From the NCBI GenBank assembly GCA_963664875.1, contig OY761611.1, positions 1,504,001 to 1,568,000 on the forward strand: a stretch of DNA of 64,000 bases, given 5' to 3'. The notes under the pieces are model-generated. The model saw only the letters and a program-made list of their open reading frames with translations, searched no databases and had not been told where the DNA came from. The stretch comes from Candidatus Kapaibacterium sp. GTDB lineage: Bacteria; Bacteroidota; Ignavibacteria; Kapaibacteriales; UBA2268. This document shows positions 29,736 to 40,236 of the stretch, one piece after another. The position numbers were made by a program, and so were the translations under genes. Each line of letters opens with the position of its first letter. Position 1 is the stretch's first letter.

Positions 29736-30521
29736 ATGAGATACATCATTCTGTTTTTATTAGCTATCAATATTGCCTTTTCGCAAAATCAAATGGCAAT
29801 TACGATTGATGATTTGCCATATACCTATTCAGGCAAGTTAGCCAAAACAGTCAGAGATTCCATACTTATTAAAATAACAGATACATTGTTTGCCAAATCG
29901 ACTTTTGCAACCGGTTTTGTAATTGGAAAAAACATTGATACTAACTCAATAAATCTGATTAAGTATTTCACTTCCAAGGGGAATACAATAGCCAATCATA
30001 CATTTTCACATTATAGTGCAAATAAAGTTGATGCTGATTTATTTTGTCGTGATATTGCAAAATGTTCGGAAATTATAAGCAACATGGATAATTACGAACC
30101 ATTCTTCCGCTATCCGATGTTGCACATCGGCAATACAGTAGCCAAACGAGATAGTATCATAAATTATCTTAGCTCAGAAAAACTAATCATTGCTCCGGTT
30201 ACTTTAGACAATGATGAATACCTTTATAATAAATACTATGTAGATTCTATTGCTTCAGGCAACTTTGCAGCAGCTGACAGCATTGCAGATGAATATTTAC
30301 GCTATATGTCGGCTTTATGTAAAAAGGCAATCGCTGACTCCAATTCTAGCCCCAACTATCCAAATACTCAAATCACCCTACTGCACGCAAATCTTCTTAA
30401 CAGCAGATACTTAGGAAAATTGTTAGATATTTTAAAAGCCGATGGCTGGCAATTTATAAGTCTTGAAAAAGCTGTAAAGATTGTTCTTCCTGAAAATACA
30501 GAAAGAACAATATCTGATTAA
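29736..30521 (+). CDS. Polysaccharide deacetylase (CE4/NodB) family protein
   Basis: TIDDLP, NHTFSH, FRYP, LLHAN motifs; signal peptide from MRYIIL. Start is uncertain (29712-29736). Confidence 0.85.
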   Translation: MRYIILFLLAINIAFSQNQMAITIDDLPYTYSGKLAKTVRDSILIKITDTLFAKSTFATGFVIGKNIDTNSINLIKYFTSKGNTIANHTFSHYSANKVDADLFCRDIAKCSEIISNMDNYEPFFRYPMLHIGNTVAKRDSIINYLSSEKLIIAPVTLDNDEYLYNKYYVDSIASGNFAAADSIADEYLRYMSALCKKAIADSNSSPNYPNTQITLLHANLLNSRYLGKLLDILKADGWQFISLEKAVKIVLPENTERTISD

Positions 30522-30702
30522 GATTTTCAATGAATCTAAACATTGCATAGCTTGCCAATATTAGCTAAAGATTAGTCCTGCCATACCTTTAGATTATTTC
30601 GTGTTGGGTTTTGCAACAAATTTACGAAATGCGAGTATATTAATATAAGCAGTATAAAGCGAGTTTTGAATTTATTGTGTCAGTAATTCATGGGAGGATA
30701 TT

Positions 30703-30789
30703 ATGGGATTACACCGACTCAAAGTAAAGATACTAATTGCAATGGGGCTTTTAGCTATAGCCCTTACTCAACTTGCAGCTCATCTATGA
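30703..30789 (+). CDS. Unannotated 28-aa hydrophobic small protein MGLHRLKVKILIAMGLLAIALTQLAAHL
   Basis: GGGAGG RBS 5 nt before ATG; basic N-terminus plus one hydrophobic helix; promoter-like sequence upstream and terminator downstream. Confidence 0.6.
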   Translation: MGLHRLKVKILIAMGLLAIALTQLAAHL

Positions 30790-30842
30790 TGCCATTAAAC
30801 CTAGAAAGAGCTAAAACAACAGCTCTATAAGTCATATTTTAT

Positions 30843-30885
30843 AAACAAAGGAATGCATACAATCTGCATTCCTTTGTTGGTTTTT
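30843..30885. terminator. Terminator between the small peptide gene and the convergent OmpA-like gene
   Basis: AACAAAGGAATGCA...TGCATTCCTTTGTT 14-bp inverted repeat. Confidence 0.8.
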
Positions 30886-30948
30886 AGACATATTTGATTT
30901 TACAATCAAGTACAATTCAGATTAGATTTGACCACCATCTACCAAAAT

Positions 30949-32814
30949 CTATTCTATTACAACTACGACTGATCTGCTAAGCTGGCGTTGTAGCGGTCCT
31001 TGCTGATTGATTTTAAAATCTCCTTGAAGTTCTATACTCGGAGCATTTTTATTTGTTCCAATCAACTTTTCTGCAGCCTTAGCTCTTGCTTTTGCAAGGT
31101 TTATATTATAGTCCTCTGTGCCAAGCTGATCAGTTAGTGGTATGATTGTTACCTTCTTGCCTTCGTCGAGAGCTCTACGTACCTGCTCTAAAGCATAATT
31201 ATCATAAGAAATAAACTGCTTGCCGTCGAAATCAAAAAATCCTAAATAAAAATATTGTCCACCCTGGTGAATGTTGTTGATAGAAGTAGATACATTTCGT
31301 CGAATATAATTCAACTTAGCTTTAATGTTATCACTCTTTTCTCGCTGAGCAGCGTCAGTAATATAGCCGTGAACGATAATCTCGTCAGGCATACTGCTTA
31401 AAGTAGGTGAAAATATATTAGCACTGCTGAGTTTGTACATCTTACCATCTACCTGATACATAAACTCCTCAGCATAAGGTCGGGAATCAACGATTATATT
31501 AGATTCTATGCGAAATTCCGGTGATTCGACTTCGTTTAACTCTCTTGTTATCACTTCGTATGCAAAAGCCTTGTTCGTTGTGTTTTCTATCTCTATATAT
31601 TCCAATTCTTCATAAAGCTCTTTATATTTGAGCGAACCTGTATCTTGCACGATAAATTTGCTATTGATTACTACATCACTATTGAATGATTTAAACAAAT
31701 CTGTTACTTTTCGTAATCTATTTTCTGCAACTTCCTTACCGGTGCTGCCCGCATAAGAGACAATCAAGTTGATTTCATCATTTTGAGAAAGTGCATTGAT
31801 TGCAATTTCCTCTACGCTTTTAGGATAATAGTAATCAGCACCCTTAAAGTAAATCTTTGCTGCCGGAAGCGAAATATAATCTACATTTCTGTAAATATCA
31901 TAATACACATCTACAGACTGATTATTAGCACAAGCCTTATCAGCTACATATAAATCTATATCATATTCAAGTTTTTCGGGGATAGGAGGTCTTTCAGGCA
32001 TAGGAATTGCCGGCAGAGGAGCTTTTTCCTGTGCAGTTATTTTATCTAATGCAACAGGCAAGTGATAGCTTAAAGCAAGATTAGCTGCTACTCGATTTAT
32101 TTTCCAATCATCAGAACTAATAATTTTAGTTAAGCCAATGTTGTAAGAAACTTCCGGCACTAAAAACAAATCATTTGCAATTTTTTGCTCATATCTCAAA
32201 CCCAATTTAATAGCTGCATATAAACCGGAGGCATCAGGAATATCTGCATTTATCGGATTAAAATATTTCGTTTTATCCAAGAATGTAACGTCTGAGGGAC
32301 TAACAATTTCCTCTTTTGACTCAAAACTTTTGCTCAACGGGATACCTATCCCAAGACCTGTAATAACAGATAAAGGGAAATCCTCAAACAAATATGTAGC
32401 AATTGAATGTTCCGTCAAAAGTACAGAATAATTTGGTTTAAGACTATTAGCCACGATTACTAATCTAACGTCATCATCTGTTATAGAGTATGCCAAAGGT
32501 GCTTCTTTAGAGAACTCTCCTGACATATTACTAACCCCAAGCGAGAAAACATACCTGATTTCTTTGCCGAATAGAACACTTCCTAATCTGTATTCTCCGC
32601 CGACAAAGGCAGACCATGAAGTGCCGGAACCACTCCCGTAATCTACATTACCATCGTGGTACAATGGAAAACCGTAAAAATTCTTAGGTGTATAGGAATT
32701 AAAATTGACTCCGCCTCCCCCAAAGATTATATAATTGGTGTATTCTTTAGAGTGAGCCTTTGTTGCAAAAATCGCTGCAATCAATATAAATAACAAAACA
32801 TTTCTAATATTCAT
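30949..32814 (-). CDS. Outer-membrane protein: N-terminal beta-barrel, Pro-rich linker, degenerate OmpA-like C-terminal domain
   Basis: Signal peptide; PEVSYNIGL barrel strands; PLPAIPMPERPPIP linker; TDQLGTEDYNINLAKARA...RSVVVVIE. Confidence 0.7.
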   Translation of the reverse strand: MNIRNVLLFILIAAIFATKAHSKEYTNYIIFGGGGVNFNSYTPKNFYGFPLYHDGNVDYGSGSGTSWSAFVGGEYRLGSVLFGKEIRYVFSLGVSNMSGEFSKEAPLAYSITDDDVRLVIVANSLKPNYSVLLTEHSIATYLFEDFPLSVITGLGIGIPLSKSFESKEEIVSPSDVTFLDKTKYFNPINADIPDASGLYAAIKLGLRYEQKIANDLFLVPEVSYNIGLTKIISSDDWKINRVAANLALSYHLPVALDKITAQEKAPLPAIPMPERPPIPEKLEYDIDLYVADKACANNQSVDVYYDIYRNVDYISLPAAKIYFKGADYYYPKSVEEIAINALSQNDEINLIVSYAGSTGKEVAENRLRKVTDLFKSFNSDVVINSKFIVQDTGSLKYKELYEELEYIEIENTTNKAFAYEVITRELNEVESPEFRIESNIIVDSRPYAEEFMYQVDGKMYKLSSANIFSPTLSSMPDEIIVHGYITDAAQREKSDNIKAKLNYIRRNVSTSINNIHQGGQYFYLGFFDFDGKQFISYDNYALEQVRRALDEGKKVTIIPLTDQLGTEDYNINLAKARAKAAEKLIGTNKNAPSIELQGDFKINQQGPLQRQLSRSVVVVIE

Positions 32815-32835
32815 CTATCTTGATTCCCAATCGTA

Positions 32836-35800
32836 TTATCTGATTATAACTAACTGTTTGGTTGAGACATATTCCGAAGATTTGACTGCAATTGTATAAT
32901 TGCCCTGTGGCAGCTTAGAGCAGTCAAGCTGTAAGGAATGCTCTATACCGCTACTATAGCTTTCTCTTGATTTTCTATAGACTTCCTGTCCCAAATTATC
33001 CAGAATTACTATTTCCAAATTCATATCTTTCAGTGTCTCAAAAGTCAAAGCTACACTATTCACTGCCGGGTTCGGAGTAACCGAATTAATGAAGACCGGA
33101 TTGTCAGGCGTTAGTAGCCTTCTGTCTCCCACACCAATTATAGTCAATTTGCCGGAAGAAAATGTACCTTGCGTATTGACTCCCCACTGTGGCAGACCCT
33201 CAGAATAATCAATATTAGTTTCAATCACATCAGCCAAGCCGGGGTAGCCGGTTATAGTAGCAGCAATGCCCCTTGTTGTGTCGAAATCGCCTTTGACCTG
33301 AAGCTTTATATAGCGGTAGTAGTCGTCAGTTCTTTCATCCAAAATAGATACCTCACCAAAATCAGAGCTTATACTTTCCGGTTTGAAAAGTCGTTTGTAT
33401 AGTTTTATCTCAGTAATAAAATCTCTTACACCTTTGTAAGGTACATTTTGCGAGAACTTATATATTAGTGGAATGGAAACCATATCCAACGGTTTTGTCT
33501 CTATATTTGGAATGCTTAATTCAAAATCTGAACTATACTGTACCAAATCAATACCACCTTTTACCAAACAAGGCTCGACTTCCCAGTTCAATCTTGCATT
33601 GTTCCTGTATTGACCATTCCATTTTATCGAAATTGTTTTGGTTTCACCCGGCATTATCGTAATTGGCATCTGAGAAACTACTACATAGGAATCTTCGGGA
33701 GACACCTTACTACCTGTAAACACAATAGGAGTGCTTCCTGTATTTGTAATAAGTAATTCTCTAATTGGAATCTCTTCGATAAACGGCAAAATATCATGTG
33801 AATATTGAACAAACGCACCTATTCCTGTTCCCTGTACTCCCAGAGGTATATAGTATGGAGCTCTGTCTGAGTGAAATATTCTTATGCTATCCGTATTTAG
33901 TCCAATATCTAACGGAGCGAATGCTATATCTATTGTCAAAGACTGACCCGGATTGAGTATAGTATCCTTGATAGTGGTCAATATTTTAAAGGAGGTCGGA
34001 TAATTTCTTATACTTAAACTATTTATCGTTATAGGTAAAGGATCAAGATTGGTAAATAGTTTTACTCTTTTTACTAAAGTGTCACCAAGACAGACTTCAT
34101 CCACAAAATCCAGTGGAGAGTTCTCGAAGCCTAAATGTCTGTTTTGTACTTCCACTTCAAACGGAATTTTGACAAAACTATAGCAATTTTCTACAATGAG
34201 TGTATCTCTTATCAATCCAACGTCTTGAGGTTTCACAGTTATAGAGTATGTAAAGTTTTCTCCGGGAAGTAAAGTATCACCTCCGAAATAAGTATCCAAT
34301 TTAAAGTGAATACCTTTTTTGAAATAAGTAGCACCTGTGAAAAATTTAGTTTCTCCAATATTTTCTAAATCATCATAAGTATAGCTTCTTTCTTCCATCA
34401 GCAAATGCATAGGAAGCACTTTTACATCATCACCTGCTACTTCCGGCATTCTAACTGAAAATGTCTCGTCGGAGTCGTCCCATTCCGGATAAACAAAGTT
34501 AATTACATCAACAAACGGGAAACCAACCATACAGGAGGCAACTGAAAATCCATCAGGAGCGTACTGACAATCGAACATATCACTCCCACCGATGGAAATG
34601 GAACTTTGTATAGTTCCATTTTTCTTCAAATCTAAAAATGATACTTGAGGAACACCTGAAGCTGCAATAGCAACAGTTGTTGAAAAAGGATTGAATTGTA
34701 TTTCCTGAATAGCTGAATAATTGTGGTCAGTAAATGATATAATTTTTTCAGTTTCAAATTCCATAAGGTTATTATAAAAAGCTCCCTCATCTTCATCAGC
34801 TTTACGAACAGCTTCGATTACATATTTTCCGTTAGGGCTTATATTTACATTCTCAATAACCGGCTTTCCTTCACTGCTAACAGTTTTAATAATACTAAAA
34901 TCCGGCAATGTGTATTTTATTATCTCATTATTCAAGTTAGTAACTATTGCAACCGGCTCTTTACGGCTAAGTTCCATGGAAGTGATTGGATGATCTAAAT
35001 CCAATTCTTTCAATAGAACTCCTGTTTCAAAGTCATACACTAAAACTTTAGAGGAGTAGTAGGACATAAAAACTAAATATTTAGAAGAATAATCTTTGAA
35101 CATTTCAGTGGCGTTGAATTTCTTGCCAACTGCAATTGTATAATCGGGTATAGATTTTCCTAATGTATATTTACGGAAAAAGGAATAGCTTCCGCCCTCC
35201 ATATTATTAGCATCGTTATATCCAATAACATAGCTATCATTTGCATCAGAAAAACCAGCTCCCAAAATATTAAAACGATATGACAGATCGCCTTCTTCAC
35301 CCAATAGCACAGAGTCTTTCAATTCATTCTTGACCAAATCGTAAACCAATATCTTTCCGGCTTTTGCTGCGGCAAGCAGCTGCGTTGCTTTATTGTCATA
35401 ACAGAGTGTAAAATTCTTATATGGAAAAGTATGAAACCTTAACATAGGCTCTTCTCTGAATTCTTGCTCGACTTTGATTCTCATATCTTCTGAAACTACC
35501 TGCGGTACTTTCCAAACAAAAACGCTATCCTTGACCGAGCTGATTACATTCCAGTTATTACCGTTATCGCTGGAATACGAAATAATAACAGGGATATGTT
35601 TGATATGTCCTGTCCATTTTATAATCACATCTTCGCAAGGAGTGAAGATCTGCCCTCCGTTAGGTGCTAAAAGTTTTAAAGACTGCTCAGCATCTAATGC
35701 CGGTTTATTTGCTATAATCATGTGACGTCTTTTGATGCCGGGTTCGTAGTCAAAGACAAGTTCTGTTTGATATACTTCTTCACTGGTAGGAGTGAATTCA

Positions 35801-36459
35801 ATTCTGAAAAAGTATCTTAGGTCAATCAATTTGTTAGGTAAAGGATTTTGATCAATTGTGGCACCTAACCATTCAACCTTAAAATGCTCGTTATCAATTG
35901 TTACCGAGTTCATGCTAAAGGGTTTACTAACTCGGTTTAGAGTGTCAAAAGGAGTTCTTACATCAATAAAGTAATAGTAAATATACTTGTTATTGGGCTT
36001 TAGCACCCCCAGATTTATTGGCCCGTTTATAGCTCCTCCGACGGGTTTGCCCAAGCCAAAATCATAAGCAACAAACACAAACGACCCTACGCCCGGAGGG
36101 TAATAACCACCGGTAATTCCTTTAGTTTCAGAGTTATAGTTTAAATAAATTGATGCCGTTTCAATTTGGCGAAAAGAAATTTTTGAAGTTTTCCAGGTAA
36201 CTTTATAATAATCATTTTCGACTTTAACTGCAGATATAGGACGAGTTGAGTATTTGTTTTCAGTAATATAAATATCGTCTTTAGTGAAGTCAATGATTTT
36301 GCCGGTATCGTATGCTTTTAGTTTGGCTGAAATATACGGGAAACCGGTAGTATCAATAGAAACACCTAAATCATCCGTATATATTTGAAGGAATAAATCA
36401 GCTTTTACAATGCTAACTCCGCATACCATAAGAAAAAGTATAATAACAAATCTATTCAT
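32836..36459 (-). CDS. Large T9SS-secreted protein (WD40-like propeller, ASH/choice-of-anchor-D-like Ig domains, type-A CTD)
   Basis: APNGGQ..W..YSSDNGNNW module; ISPNGK/FNP/YAPDG propeller blades; LxPG(E/Q) Ig repeats; VTPNPA...KQLVIIR. Confidence 0.8.
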   Translation of the reverse strand: MNRFVIILFLMVCGVSIVKADLFLQIYTDDLGVSIDTTGFPYISAKLKAYDTGKIIDFTKDDIYITENKYSTRPISAVKVENDYYKVTWKTSKISFRQIETASIYLNYNSETKGITGGYYPPGVGSFVFVAYDFGLGKPVGGAINGPINLGVLKPNNKYIYYYFIDVRTPFDTLNRVSKPFSMNSVTIDNEHFKVEWLGATIDQNPLPNKLIDLRYFFRIEFTPTSEEVYQTELVFDYEPGIKRRHMIIANKPALDAEQSLKLLAPNGGQIFTPCEDVIIKWTGHIKHIPVIISYSSDNGNNWNVISSVKDSVFVWKVPQVVSEDMRIKVEQEFREEPMLRFHTFPYKNFTLCYDNKATQLLAAAKAGKILVYDLVKNELKDSVLLGEEGDLSYRFNILGAGFSDANDSYVIGYNDANNMEGGSYSFFRKYTLGKSIPDYTIAVGKKFNATEMFKDYSSKYLVFMSYYSSKVLVYDFETGVLLKELDLDHPITSMELSRKEPVAIVTNLNNEIIKYTLPDFSIIKTVSSEGKPVIENVNISPNGKYVIEAVRKADEDEGAFYNNLMEFETEKIISFTDHNYSAIQEIQFNPFSTTVAIAASGVPQVSFLDLKKNGTIQSSISIGGSDMFDCQYAPDGFSVASCMVGFPFVDVINFVYPEWDDSDETFSVRMPEVAGDDVKVLPMHLLMEERSYTYDDLENIGETKFFTGATYFKKGIHFKLDTYFGGDTLLPGENFTYSITVKPQDVGLIRDTLIVENCYSFVKIPFEVEVQNRHLGFENSPLDFVDEVCLGDTLVKRVKLFTNLDPLPITINSLSIRNYPTSFKILTTIKDTILNPGQSLTIDIAFAPLDIGLNTDSIRIFHSDRAPYYIPLGVQGTGIGAFVQYSHDILPFIEEIPIRELLITNTGSTPIVFTGSKVSPEDSYVVVSQMPITIMPGETKTISIKWNGQYRNNARLNWEVEPCLVKGGIDLVQYSSDFELSIPNIETKPLDMVSIPLIYKFSQNVPYKGVRDFITEIKLYKRLFKPESISSDFGEVSILDERTDDYYRYIKLQVKGDFDTTRGIAATITGYPGLADVIETNIDYSEGLPQWGVNTQGTFSSGKLTIIGVGDRRLLTPDNPVFINSVTPNPAVNSVALTFETLKDMNLEIVILDNLGQEVYRKSRESYSSGIEHSLQLDCSKLPQGNYTIAVKSSEYVSTKQLVIIR

Positions 36460-36734
36460 CAGAAAACCCCTTTTTACATCTTCATTCTCATATACAAACA
36501 CTTCAAACTATATAAAGGTTACAAACTAAAAACCTGAATACTTACATTTTTAGCACTTTTTTACCATTAGCTTAGATACCCACATGACACCAATTGGTTT
36601 AAGGTAAGTGCAAATAATAATCTGCAAGTTAAGGATATTAATTTTAATAATATGAGGAATGATATTATGCAGTCTATTGAATTCCAAACATTGCACTTGA
36701 AATCCGAAATTGAGCGTTCCACATTAACTTTATT

Positions 36735-38810
36735 CTATAGCTCTTCCAATGCAGGTAAAGTTATAATTACCTCAGTACCTTTGTCTTCCTCGCTTAGCAG
36801 CTCGATGCTACCATCATTTAAGGTTAAAAGTTCTTTGCATATTGAAAGACCTAGCCCTGTGCCATATTCGCCGTTGGTGCCTCGGGTAGAAACCCTTGTT
36901 TCTATGTCGAAGAGTTTTTCTTTGATTTCTGTGGTAATACCTATTCCGTTATCAGAAATTCGGACTTTAATCTTGCCATTCTCTTCAGTGCAACTAATAT
37001 CTATCACGCCTTCAATGTTTGAGTATTTGACTGCATTTGATAATATATTTTTGAATACTGTATCTATCATTGCTTTATCTGCATGTATAGCCTGCTCTTC
37101 GCAACCTCGCATTAAACGAATACGTTTTTTGACTATCACCTGATCAAATGCTTTTAGATTTCTGTCTATTATCTCATCTAACTGAAAATACTCTTTATTT
37201 ACGCTTACGTACTCATTTTGCGTACGTAGCCATTCCATCAAATTTACCAACATATTTCTTAAATGTACCGATGCAGTAAACACTATCTCGGAAAACTTGT
37301 CAGTAAACTCTTTTGGCTTGTTTTTCCCATAATGAAGTGCCTCTGCTGACATCAATACTGCCTGCACTTGATTGGTGAGCTGATGAGTAAAAACCGACAT
37401 GAATGTATCTTTCTGGCGGTTTGATCGCTCCAATACTTCCTTATTGGATTTCAAATCCTCTAATATGGATTCAATTTGATATTTTTGAATATTCATCTGC
37501 CTATTATTTTCTTCTAATAAGGTATTTTTCGACGCAATATCATTGTTTTGAGACTCAAGCTTTTTGATAAGCTTGCGATTCCAAATAAAGGAAACTGCTA
37601 GAATGAGAGTAATCAAAACAACCAATATATTCAATATTAAATAAAAGTAACTTTTATTTTTCTCCTTTTCAATCTGCAAATTCTGCAATGCAATTTTATC
37701 CTGATAGTTTTTTTGTTCAATTGTAGCCTTTAAAACTGCAATTTCTTTTTGAGTTTCCATATAACCAAGAGAGTCTTTTAAGTCATATAAAAGTCTTAAT
37801 GCTTTATTTGTTTTTTTGTATTCTCCAATAGATTCATAAAATTTTATCATCTGCAATGCAGTATGCTCTCTTATTTCTAACAAGTTATAAATTGTTGCGG
37901 TATCCAGAATTGAATTCAACATATTTTCTACGATATGCTGAGGATGATTCTTAAAAGAGTACAATGTAAATCGATTTAAGTAAGCAATAAGACGATGCTT
38001 TACTTGATTGTTTTTATAAGATTCTTGAATTGCTTTTTCATAGTACACATTGGCAGAATCTAAAAAACCCAATTTTTGGAGTACTAGGGCATAATTGATA
38101 TAGTCAGTGGTAAGTTCATTTTCGTCTCTGTTTTCGAACTCTGCAATATTGTGTTGCATCATGAGCCTTGCGGTATCCAACTCCCCCGACAATACATGAC
38201 TGTATGCAAGATTAGATAGCCCTGCTTTGTACAAATCTTTATTATTTAGTGCTTTTGCATCTTTAACTACTTTGTAAAACAAGTCTTTGGCCATAGGAAT
38301 GTCTTTAATCGATATTGCAATATTTCCAATACTATTATTCAACATTGTAACCAGATTTTTATCCTTCACTAAATCAGATAATTCACTTGCCCTATTTAGA
38401 TAATCCATTGCAATATCGTATTTCCCAAACTTGCCAAAGACTACTCCAAGTTGATTTAATATTTCAAAATACAAATCAATATTTTTGTTTTTATCGATTT
38501 CTCTTAGCAAAGTTACAAGTACAGTATTAGCTGAATCTAATTTATTATTGTTATGGTACCAGATTCCTAAGGCTGTTTTTGAAGCAGTCAGAAGAGAGTC
38601 ATTTCCTAATGATTTTGAAATATTTATTGCCCTTTCAGCATATTCTCTTGACTTCCCAACATCTTTGACATAAAATGCTTTTGATAGCTTAATATATGCA
38701 CTTACTTGTCTTTCTTTTTTTGGATGTCTCGATTCTTTCAACAAGGAATCTACTTCATCGCACCACAAAGTAACAGGAAGGAATAGCAATATGGCAAAGA
38801 TTAATCTCAT
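36735..38810 (-). CDS. TPR-containing membrane sensor histidine kinase
   Basis: Signal peptide, TPR-like helices, one TM, coiled coil, H-box THQLTN, N-box NILSNAVKY, DNGIG, GTGLGL. Confidence 0.9.
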   Translation of the reverse strand: MRLIFAILLFLPVTLWCDEVDSLLKESRHPKKERQVSAYIKLSKAFYVKDVGKSREYAERAINISKSLGNDSLLTASKTALGIWYHNNNKLDSANTVLVTLLREIDKNKNIDLYFEILNQLGVVFGKFGKYDIAMDYLNRASELSDLVKDKNLVTMLNNSIGNIAISIKDIPMAKDLFYKVVKDAKALNNKDLYKAGLSNLAYSHVLSGELDTARLMMQHNIAEFENRDENELTTDYINYALVLQKLGFLDSANVYYEKAIQESYKNNQVKHRLIAYLNRFTLYSFKNHPQHIVENMLNSILDTATIYNLLEIREHTALQMIKFYESIGEYKKTNKALRLLYDLKDSLGYMETQKEIAVLKATIEQKNYQDKIALQNLQIEKEKNKSYFYLILNILVVLITLILAVSFIWNRKLIKKLESQNNDIASKNTLLEENNRQMNIQKYQIESILEDLKSNKEVLERSNRQKDTFMSVFTHQLTNQVQAVLMSAEALHYGKNKPKEFTDKFSEIVFTASVHLRNMLVNLMEWLRTQNEYVSVNKEYFQLDEIIDRNLKAFDQVIVKKRIRLMRGCEEQAIHADKAMIDTVFKNILSNAVKYSNIEGVIDISCTEENGKIKVRISDNGIGITTEIKEKLFDIETRVSTRGTNGEYGTGLGLSICKELLTLNDGSIELLSEEDKGTEVIITLPALEEL

Positions 38811-40006
38811 AATACAAAACTGCTGTATATTTGTTTTACAGATGTTTTACCGAATTTTCTATCCTTGTATTGCTCTTTTAACTTCACGCAGGCACTTATA
38901 AGCTCTTCTGTAGAAATTCCGGCTTTGATAGAATTATATGCTTCGAGGAATGCAGCTAAATGATCTGCAGCTCTTATTAGCTTACCGTCTATAGGATTAA
39001 AGTCGTTTGTGTTGTAATTATCGTTTATCTCCTGCACTTTCAATCCTGTTTTTATTTCTCCCTCTATTATCACTTTATTGCTAAATTCATCGTGTGTAAA
39101 GTACTCTATTTCCTTTATCCAATCCGGCTCTATCAATGGATAAATTTCTTTTTCAGCTAATTCTTTTTCTAATTTGGAGATTAGTTCATCCAACTCTGTA
39201 GAGGAACGCTTCACAGGAGAAATAATGTCTCTTGTTACTGCTTCCGGCAAATCATGAAACAAACCACCAAAAAAATCATTATATAGTCTGCGTTCGCAGG
39301 CATCATTCTCTCTTGCAAAAAAGTAAGCAATGGAAGCAACAAGTAAAGAATGCCCCAATACGGCGGTAGTAGGTGTCCTCGGTATCTGAGCCCAACGATA
39401 TTGGAAACGCATTTGCCCGGTCATGTCCAAAAAGCTGTCAATAGGCTCTCTATTTCTTGCTTTTTTAATTCCGATAAGGTCTCTATAAGTATCCACCCGA
39501 TTAGAAAGATCTGTTTCTAATATAGACCTTTGATAAGCAAACGGGTTGGACTGCTTAATTATCTGAAATTCCCAATACGTAGCATATATATGAGAGGCTT
39601 CCAAGATTCTTTGATAAAGTTTATCTCCCCAGTTTTCATCAAAAAGGAAGTCATGTATCTCTGACATTATTTCTTCCGATTCTATTTTAGAATCCAACTC
39701 ACGGAAAACAAATTCATTCAATTTTGCAAATACAGTTTTATCTTTCTTTATTTCAGCATAAATAGGTGACTTGATGTCAGAGATGATTATCCTACGAAGT
39801 AGCTCATAAATGCCTCCCTTTATGAGTTCATGCCATTCGATTTCTTTCCCGTCTGCTTCCTCATATTTAGCAAGGCAGTATGCTGTTATCATCTTGTGAG
39901 CGTGCTTATCCATTTCTATCAATTCTACAGGTCTGAGCCTGTCGTTCCAGCGTTGCATGTGAAAAGCACGAAAAATTTCATTCACTAAGGACTGTGTAAC
40001 TATCAT
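38807..40006 (-). CDS. HD-domain (tandem YfbR-like) putative phosphohydrolase
   Basis: Two similar halves starting QRWND and YRWAQ; second half has VLGHS, FHDLPEAVTRDIISPVK and AADHLAAFLEA. Confidence 0.85.
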   Translation of the reverse strand: MIVTQSLVNEIFRAFHMQRWNDRLRPVELIEMDKHAHKMITAYCLAKYEEADGKEIEWHELIKGGIYELLRRIIISDIKSPIYAEIKKDKTVFAKLNEFVFRELDSKIESEEIMSEIHDFLFDENWGDKLYQRILEASHIYATYWEFQIIKQSNPFAYQRSILETDLSNRVDTYRDLIGIKKARNREPIDSFLDMTGQMRFQYRWAQIPRTPTTAVLGHSLLVASIAYFFARENDACERRLYNDFFGGLFHDLPEAVTRDIISPVKRSSTELDELISKLEKELAEKEIYPLIEPDWIKEIEYFTHDEFSNKVIIEGEIKTGLKVQEINDNYNTNDFNPIDGKLIRAADHLAAFLEAYNSIKAGISTEELISACVKLKEQYKDRKFGKTSVKQIYSSFVL

Positions 40007-40236
40007 AAGTATATTTTATTAAAAGTTAATACGTAACTATGCAATATAAAAAATTATAAACGATTATACCGCTCGGATAGCTTTAGATTTTTCCCTTTTT
40101 CAAATTTAGCTGTGTCGATTTTTCTCATTTTATTATATTTGTAGTCCTAAAGATTGGAATCTATATATTTACTATTCTGAATATTCAAATTCTCAGTCAG
40201 GTTCTCCTTTTTTTTAGAACTTTTCACCTTGCAAAT

